NCBI RefSeq assembly: GCF_037042905.1
Contig: NC_087251.1
Span: 20,896,001-20,956,000, forward strand
Length of the DNA: 60,000 nucleotides
Direction of reading: 5' to 3'
From: Lytechinus pictus
Lineage: Eukaryota
Of the stretch, positions 51,401 through 60,000 are shown piece after piece. Made by a program: the position numbers and the translations under genes. Under the pieces are notes generated by a model. That model did not search any database. It was not told the origin of the DNA and worked only from the letters and a program-made list of their open reading frames with translations. Each line of letters starts with the position of its first letter. Positions within the stretch are counted from its first letter, which is position 1.

Positions 51401-51520
51401 AGCTGAAGCCATAAAGTGGCTACCCTCGCCGAACATAGCCGAGAGGAGAATAGTTCCACACTCGGCTGATACTAGACAGAATAACAAGATGAAATTCGAG
51501 AACACCGATGGATACCTCAT
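48428..51520 (-). pseudogene. UDP-glucuronosyltransferase (UGT) pseudogene
   Basis: Exons ~51520-51167, 51118-51001, 50481-50260, 49709-49490, ~48705-48428. Motifs: signal peptide, GSH...LVKRGHNVT, PNIIPVGGL, GVVVFTLGS, WLPQNDLLG, GGNNG..A....VPMV..P...DQ, FWLEHV, and C-terminal KEKVE*. Lesions: in-frame TAA at 51269-51271, a large N-domain deletion, a 1-nt frameshift near 50310, an out-of-phase acceptor at 48705 and a frameshift near 48500. Confidence 0.9.
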
Positions 51521-53692
51521 GTCTCCCTTTTGATATCAATACATCTCAGGAGGGAGAAAATGGGAGTGTAGATAATATAACTCACCCTCCTTATTGCTTG
51601 GCCTTTATAGCCCTTACTGTACCCCAAAAACTTTATGCGAGACAGAATGATTAAAAACACTCATTGGTCTACACTCCACGTATCGCACATGTGTAGGAGT
51701 AATTTTGTAAATTTGTCACTCTTTACTTTACTCAAGCACCAAGTTGATATTCTTCACTATCGAATCTCATATCGGCTAAACATAAATATTTTAGACTCTG
51801 ATACATTGGACATTGTACCCCTCTACAAGCTGGCAGAGCGCTGCGGAACTAATTTACAACTAGGTAATTTTTACAGAATTGTTTTGATGTGCACAGATAA
51901 GTGGCAACGTCATAGACTAAAAAAACGATACGATAAGATCAAAGTAAACCCTATATGCAAGCATTATTTCTTTAAAGGCCTTTAAAAAACCGCCCAATAA
52001 GATTAAAAAATATATGTCGCTTGTTGCAATTTCAAGGCGAACAAATTTCGGCTCATGGTATTTGCCTTGCCTGTACAGCAGAAATTAGATATCTTGATGG
52101 CGTCGACCGTCGACATAAATCTCCTCACATCCATGAAACTTGGAATGATTGTCAAATATAGACCAATTTGGCTTTGTTGCTGTTTTTTAAAGGTAATTTA
52201 TAACTGCGGGGAAGGGCTTAAAGTATACCTAACATAAGATAATGTATGCAAATTGCATTGTCATAGCAACGCACCTGCTTCATTGCATAACTCATTGAAA
52301 GTGCTTTTATTCTACTTTGGAAGCCCCCCCTCCCAATTATGGTCGCCATAAGTTTCAGTGATCTGAAGTCGGATTTAACCATAGGCAATTATGTAGGTAG
52401 AATTTCAAGTTACTAGAAGTCAAAAGTCATTTTGAAAAGATATTTTTTTATTAATCCAAGTGTTTCATCAAATGGTTATGAGATATCACAAATCAATGAA
52501 ATTGATATTAGTATCATATAAGTAAATGAAAATTAAACTTTAAATATGAAAAACTTACACCAATTTTGAAAATGCAATTTTCTTAAATTTGATTTCATAT
52601 TGCATGGAGCTTATAATAATGGGTATCAAGTATCAGAAATTATATGACTTCATTTCCATCCACTTGATCAAGGTCAAATGTCATTTCAGGTTTTAAAAAT
52701 TGGATAAGAATTTATATTCTCTTTAATTTTCAAATTAAATATAAAAAAAAACATTAAGTTTCCAATTCTTAAAGCAGGTATAATATGAAAAAAATATTGT
52801 GAATATAAGCAAATATGTTACATAAAGCAAGGACTCATTAAATTCCAGGCCTAAAATTGTAATAGAGCAAGGATGTTTTTTCTATAGGGCATATTTCTCT
52901 ATTTGAATTGATTTATTTATTTACCAACAATATTCACATGTTTACAGGTTATAAAAAAAATTGCATAACAGTTACACATGTATAAAAATATGATGGTAAA
53001 TGGGACCAGAAAATAGCACAAGTGCTAATCGAGCCTGGCCCCACATTAAAGTACAAATTTTAAATATTAAAATAGGCAACAAAAATTCTAGGGCCAATAA
53101 CTGGAGCTTTGAAGCCAGTCACCTTAAGTCATCAATTTTAAGGGTATATGGGATTTTTTTGAATATCAATATTACAAAGTCAACACGTCTGTTATATGGA
53201 TCTGAGTCTACTGGGGGTGTTGCACTCAAATACTGATTCGAGACGGATACATTTATTTATATCCAATAAAAGAGAGTGGGCTCCACTTACTATTTTAGAA
53301 GTTTCGTTAGAATTATGACATTATCCACTGAAATTATGCAGTAAAACAGGTCAATAGAATGCACAATTCCATAAAATATTACAAAATATTGAAAAGACCT
53401 ATAAATCCTAACAGCAGAAATTACCCAATGAAATGTTTATGCCCTTGAAATATTCTGTTCCTCTGATCGCATCTCGTCCTGTTTACATTGAAATTATCGA
53501 GTTACTTTTTTTCTCACACAAGGTTAGACTGGAAGTGGTGCAAATCACCCAACCGATCAAACACTACCTACTCTCTCCCAACTCTTTGACTGGGTATAAA
53601 GTGAACAGATTGGCAATCAAATATTGAACATCCTTCCTGCCCATCCTTTTTGCCAAATTGCCAGTTGAAAGAAACATTACAACAAGCATATA

Positions 53693-53923
53693 CAGTGGTG
53701 CCAAAAGTTAGTGAACCCCACCAGAAAATGTACTCCTTCATGCCGAGTGTTGAATGTAGACAACAACAACAGTACAGTGTTCAGCGAGCCCAGAGAAACA
53801 AACCCTACTGAATGTAATATTCTATCACCCAACTTCATACTTAAATATCTAGAACATGGCAGAACTTGAACACTTGAAATATGTTCATTTTTTGGTGGGG
53901 TTCACTAACTTTTAGCATCACTG
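53693..53923. mobile_element. Tc1/mariner-type MITE (231 bp)
   Basis: TIRs cagtggtgccaaaagttagtgaaccccacca / tggtggggttcactaacttttagcatcactg with TA TSD. Confidence 0.88.
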
Positions 53924-54847
53924 TACATCCCAACACATACATCCCCATAAACAACCACTACAGAAAAAATGTAAAAGTGTAGGATAAAATTATTTCTGTC
54001 CAGTATATTATTCTTTTAATAGAAAATATTGCATGAGAGTTGTAATTCATATAATGCAAAAAAATACATTCCACAGTAAAATATACCAATATAATGGTTT
54101 CTGAGTATATGCCAGTATTATAGCGTCACTACGCAAAGTTCACAATGGCAGTATTGACAGAATGACAAACGAAACTCGGTCCTTCATCTGTAAGTATGCA
54201 CAGTCATGTATGTCATGGTAAAGTAACAATAAAAATCATGCCAGTAACATTGTTCCTTCAAAGTCTATGCTTCGGGATTTCACAGAAGAAGATTCATTCT
54301 TGTAAGTATTGCAATGAAGGCAGGACCACTTAGTCATATATTATGAAATTATTATCACACACGCAATACGAGGTTATAGGTAGAATAGTCTTCATGTTCA
54401 ATGCAGTGACTTAGAAATATAAAAAAAATCACCACGGTTACACTTTTGACCCCATCAGCAAATAAATTACTATTAGTAGTAAAGAGGGGGTGCTCTAAGC
54501 TCCTGAAGAAAAAAAATCACAAGATCAACAGGGCACACTGTTTTAAAGAGAAATACACAAAAAAGATTAATGCACTCACTCAGTGTTTGACACTGTTTAT
54601 AATACAGAATTAAAATTTAGAGTGAAAGGCAACATGTTCGATGCAAATAAGAAAAAGTCCCTGCAATTGGGTCCAACTAAAAAGCAGGAATGTGCATGAA
54701 TATTAGAAACCAATGCTAATTTATTTTTTCATTGTACTCTTTGTACCAAACAGTCATGATGATCCCTTGGCTCTAGTAATGAAATTGCAAATGATAATGC
54801 TCAAAGCATTTACACATTGAATAATGTATTCAATTTGATTTATACCA

Positions 54848-55068
54848 AAATGCCCATACAGCACACTTTAGCTCTGTTATGAAAAACATGTTTAACACAA
54901 AAAAAAAAAACATTGAAGGTTACTAAATAAAGGAAATATGAGTTGCCTAAATGCAATATACCTAAATGCCCATACAGCACACTTTAGCTGTTATGAAAAA
55001 CATGTTTAACAACACAACAACAAAAAACATTGAAGGTTACTAAATAAAGGAAATATGATTTGCCTAAA
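54848..55068. repeat. Tandem duplication of a ~115-bp unit
   Basis: aaatgcccatacagcacactttagct...ggaaatatga.ttgcctaaa occurs twice. Confidence 0.9.
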
Positions 55069-55740
55069 ATTACACACAAAATCTTAACCTTTCATAAAAT
55101 AATAAAACTGTAACGATTCAAATGGTCCAATGGTTTAGTCATAGGGAATGACATCAGGGTCCTGTATCACAATGCTTAAAAATTGGTTACAGGGATGGAT
55201 TTATGATTGATGGCATTGATCATTATATGGAATCAATCATACAAATCAACAGTACGATTAATCTCTTAAGCTTTGTGTTATGGGACCATGATTTCCTCAG
55301 GACTACAATACAGATTTGATTAAATCACTAGTACAGGAGGAATAATAAGAAATAAGGAATAGAATTTCAAGGAATTAGAGAAAGGGGAAGAATCCTCAGT
55401 AAATTAAAGATTTAACATTTGTTATTAATACAAACACATCTTCTAAACTAAATACTTTAGGAATTTACTCCTACAGTAAAAGTATGAAGATTTTTATTTG
55501 ACTCACCTTTAACATAGTAATATGTTTGTTCAATCAGATGTCCAATACAAACTGGACGGTAAACTTAGTTCATAAAAACAACATGAACAGTTGAGCAATG
55601 CAATTCTTCATTCTCTTTTCAATTAATCAGTCTCTAAGAATATTAGCAGCTTTCTTTAATGTTAAAATGTATAATGTGCCATATCTCAAATGATATATGA
55701 TTTTCCATAACTATGCATACATGCAGATAACATTACTTAA

Positions 55741-56198
55741 GGGCTATTCCACGGTTACTCACGTTACATTTAGAGACACCTTGACTCATACTTGGAGCTG
55801 TAACTCCATTATTATTGATAGGAACTAAACATCTCTTTATCACAACATAGTACGCAGTCTGACTATCCTTTGTATAAAAACAAAACTTGGGAAATTTCAT
55901 TATGCTCCTGGCAAATCTTTGAAATGTGTCGGTTACTCATGTTACATGATTTGGACATGCATAAAATGAAAAGTGGACATAAGTGAAAAGTGTCCTCATG
56001 CAAGGCTTTTATGAAAGTTGATTATATCCATTTCAAAGAAGTATATTAGGGAGACAAATTTGTATATAATTGAAAAAAATAAAGAACACATGGTTTTTAC
56101 AAGGGGTGCAGATAAAGTGGTTACTCACGTTACGGTTCAGATGGGCTATATGTACAAAGACACATTGAGCTCATGTCCACCAACCTATGAAATTGCCC
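55741..56198. mobile_element. TTAA-flanked non-autonomous DNA transposon (Kolobok-like)
   Basis: ttaa-gggctattcca ... tgaaattgccc-ttaa, with three internal ggttactca(c/t)gttac repeats. Confidence 0.65.
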
Positions 56199-58777
56199 TT
56201 AAGCTTTAGTTTTGTAATATATGAAATATAAATGTTAATGAAATAAACTTTGTCAAAGAACATCTTCACCCCAAAAGTAACAATATTCTTTTTAATGTCA
56301 GAATTTTACAAAACATATTTGCATACAAACAGCAATGTTTTATCACCTGAACTAATCACCTGAACTTAACAGCAACATTAGCAGGACCCAAGTGTAACAT
56401 CAACATATCTTGAGTATTGATGTGTTATTAGATACATAACTAAAAATCTTGAAAACATAAAGAATATTATATGTTTTTATTAAACAGGTAGAATTGTTGT
56501 CATGAATATCACAGTTAGTTATGGATAACAATAGCTTCTTTCTCAGTCCTATTTATTGCACAAAAATATTTCAGAATCCCAACTGAAAGTGTTACTGATG
56601 AGAACACTCGGTCTCATCCAACTATATTTTAGTAATTTTATCTACTAACTACATGGTCAAAAACCACATAAAACATATTCAAAACATCATACAATTCCCA
56701 ATAAGGCTATGTCCATTTGAATGAACACAAAAACACAAAATTTCTGTATAGCCACTTTTTACAGAGACCATACCAACTTGTATCTTTTATCTGGGACAAG
56801 AGAGGGATGAGATAGTGACCAACTCTCATACCACTTTCAAAATGAGTAAAAGCCACCCAGGTGACTCCAACACAATCTTTCAATCTGTAAGATCACATGG
56901 GTGACATTAAGTGCAGTTCTAGGGTAAAATGTTACCCCAGAATTGTCATGGTAACCCACTCTCACTGGTAGATCCAGATTTAGTTTTTTCTGAGCATCCA
57001 ACATATATTTTAGTTTCTTACCATACATGTCAGCTTACTGTGACATCACCAAAAAAAAACCACACTACTTTTTTCCCCTTAATTGTGTCAAAGTAAGGTT
57101 GTTTAATTTTCTGTTGTAGAAAAGCAAAACAAAAGAAAACTGCCAAGGAGCTCATCTGACACTGTGAGAGGCAAAATCATCAGGTGAACTCTTGGGTGAC
57201 ACCAAACCAAAGAATGACCAGGGCGGTCAATGTGATCGAAAGGGGTATTTATGTAAACACTAACACTTCACAATGCCCTTTCTCAATTTCTGAGAGGATA
57301 AACCCAAACTATCTTGTCATAACAATATAAAATGAACCCTGGATCATAAATTTCTGGATGTTTTCTCTTCACTTCTAAACTATCTCATCATTTCTGTGGA
57401 CTTATGTTCTACAAGAATCATCCTCTTTACAAACAATTCATAACAAGAAAGGCACAAATGAAATAAAATGGAAAGAGCAGCATTACAGTCAACAGATACA
57501 CATGGCCAAACAATACAATAGAAAATGAAATAGCTTATAGCGAATATTGAAATACATGAAGCATATGATTTGGCAGGCACTTTTGAGAATAATTTGTCAA
57601 TATTCTCCTTCCATAATTAGGAAATTAGGGATCGTAATATATCACTGGCATTCTTCCGAACCGTTGTATCAGTCAATTTTGGTCAAAAAATTGATTTTGA
57701 GTTTTTTGCAGAAAATGAAAGTACAAGTCCTATTCTATTCAATGCTAAATTTCTAGGAAGCAATTTATTTTAGTTTCTGAGATATGAGGAGATTTTCACG
57801 GCGATGCCACACAAATTTTAAATAAAATGCGCAAATCCCATTGTAAACGTGTACTGTAGCAGAGAGATACGACGTTTTGAATGACAGCGATTTCAATGCT
57901 CGCGGTCAGCCAAACCGTCGTATCGGCCATCGGCACTGCATTGACTTTGCACGTGAAAAGCGATACGTTTTGACTGACCGTGCGCATTGAAATCGCAGTC
58001 AGGGTTCTTGTATTCCCCATGGTATTTTTGTACAGCGGAAATCTAAACCGCTCAAACCAAAATTACAAGCATGGAGCTCTTTTGTGATATTTTCTCTGAT
58101 CCTTGGATTTGTGTAAAATAAGGATACCAATGTCAAGCAATTGTCTTGGTCTTTCTAATCATGTAGTTTTCTAGCAATGAATATGTTGAAAGGCTCGGAA
58201 ACTAAGTGTGAAAATTATAGTAAACTTTGAAGTTGATTTTCTCTTAAATGGGTTTGCATCACCGTATGCTTGATCCGATTCGGATGACCGCCGACGATGT
58301 CACTAAAGGGTGGATTGCTTTGGATTTATGCCTCTTTTGTCACATCCCACATGGGATAATCAATTTATATATGCTACCCGTTAATTTGTCTAACTGCTAC
58401 TTAACTTTTCATTATTCCAATTCCACATTACAATTTCACCTATCAAAAACTATTTCATCTTAATATCTGCTTTGTCTAATATAAATGGCCCAATGCTCAA
58501 AGGTTCAGTTTTACTGATTAATGCAAAGTTTAGCACTATATCTGCAACAATCAAAGTTAAGACACAGTGATGCCACAAAGACCATAATCTCAGATATGTG
58601 TTAATGTCAAACACCATAACCTTAAACAATAATTCAGCCTCGCTAGGTGACTCTTTTAATGACGAGTAGATCTTTGACCTCATCAACACTTGATGACATC
58701 CATCAAGACACTCAGAGAGGGTAGCTCCTAGCCACACTCCATGTATGAAAGCTCTATGATAACCCCACAATCATCCT

Positions 58778-59618
58778 TCAGCCTAGGAGATTAGACCAGT
58801 TGACCTCTTTAAAGAAAGGGTGAACTTTGACCTCATCAGCCCCAGACTGACCTCCACCTAGACGCTCCAGAGGATTCACCTGTAAAAGCTGCAGATAATA
58901 ATGAAAAACACATTACAATGAATAAAGCTATTTAACAAAGCAATCATTCACAAAGTAATGTAGAAAGCTCTTTAAAACTGTAATCAACATTGTCATTCTT
59001 AAAGCTTCTCTAGTTTTGGTAGCATAACGAACTTGAAATTGAATTGGTTCATTTACCAATTAATACCACTGTAACTTAGTAATAAGATACTTCATCAGTG
59101 ATTTCAATTTGATTGAAATAATTTGTTTTATTCCATCAGTACATACATGTATTTATTCAAATTAAAGCAAAAAAACAAAACTTCTAATGTATACAAATAA
59201 ATCATTACACATAGCTGCAAGGACTGCTTTCTGATAACTTTCTCAAGGCAAGTATAAGTAAAATGCAGTAGTAGTAAAAGTAGTATTAATGATAGCAGTA
59301 GTAGAATTAGTGGTAGAAGTGGTGGTAGAAGTGGTGGTAGTAGTGGTGGTTATGATAATAGTAGTAGTAGCAGCAGCAGCAGTAGTAGTAGTAGTATTAG
59401 AAGAGGTGGTGGTGGTAGTAGTAGAAGTAGTAGTAGCAGTAGCAGCAGCAGCAGCAGCAGTAGTATTGTATGTATATAGTTGATAGTTGTAATCGTTGAA
59501 TCCATTTTTAAGTCAGACTCACCTGTGTGAGAAGGTTCTTAGCTTCTGGTGAGATGTGATCAGGAATGAAAAGTTGTGTATGACTATTGATCCCACTAGG
59601 ATGGCAACTGTATAAAGA
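58778..59618 (-). CDS. RPS6KC1: Ribosomal protein S6 kinase delta-1-like, last two coding exons; remainder lies beyond the window
   Basis: Exons 59618-59523 and 58888-58778 (TGA): [68 protein letters not shown]. This matches the RPS6KC1/RPS6KL1 C-terminus (CHP.GIN.HT.L..P...S.EA..L..QLLQ.NP.ERLG). Confidence 0.9.
59268..59490. repeat. (GTA/GCA/GTG)n compound microsatellite
   Basis: Directly visible, intronic in RPS6KC1. Confidence 0.9.
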
Positions 59619-60000
59619 CTGGAAGGTAGTACACAGAAAGAGAAGTTAATTATATTTTTGGGGGAAAGAAACAACAGTTTTCATATTTTTGATAGTACAA
59701 ATCTACATTACCTAGAAAATTTATTATTCACCTAGTCACCAACAAATATATATTTTTTTTATATTTGAGGTCTGAAACGAATCGCATCCTGAATGCCCCT
59801 TAGCAAAATGTTCATATCATTAAACCTGAATATAAGTATACAAGGACAGCCAAAGTGAGACAAGTAAAGCTCTCATCATAAGTAGGTGGTCTTAAAGACA
59901 GGTTTTTATAGTACCGTACTTGTTTCAATGTGGTGGGGGGATATTTAAGAGAAGCCAAACTTGTTATCTTTCTGGAGCTAAAGAGGTATCCTTTTATACA

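Noticed and set aside
51047..51406. 119-aa plus-strand ORF (also 49411-49713)
   Set aside because: These are antisense shadows of UGT exons.
52900..53650. Possible decayed LINE 3' end on the minus strand
   Set aside because: A tail-like (TTTA)n and a stem-loop are present, but I could not recover any convincing reverse transcriptase motif.
55753..56133. Three spaced ggttactcacgttac repeats, superficially CRISPR-like
   Set aside because: Eukaryotic context, ~180-bp spacing, short repeats, and they lie inside a TTAA-flanked transposon.

Overview
AT-rich, intron-rich animal genomic DNA. The repeat repertoire (DeuSINE, tRNA-SINEs, many MITEs) suggests an invertebrate deuterostome such as a sea urchin, but that is inference. 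I reconstructed five spliced loci by hand from GT/AG boundaries and reading-frame phases. (1) On +, the 3' part of a two-pore-channel-like (TPC/Cav-superfamily) cation channel gene (1..14952), whose ~400-aa cytoplasmic tail carries an in-frame SH3 domain, proline-rich motifs and microexons. (2) FAM89 on - (23739..24589). (3) A complete 21-exon SCFD1/Sly1 on - (31454..45155, 638 aa). (4) A UDP-glucuronosyltransferase pseudogene on - (48428..51520). (5) The last two exons of RPS6KC1 on - (58778..59618). The most notable observations are the channel-SH3 fusion with an atypical TTSNW filter, and a minimal Penelope-type hammerhead ribozyme in sense orientation in the probable SCFD1 3' UTR, embedded in a direct plus inverted duplication. 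Most ORFs in the supplied track are spurious or are exon fragments.
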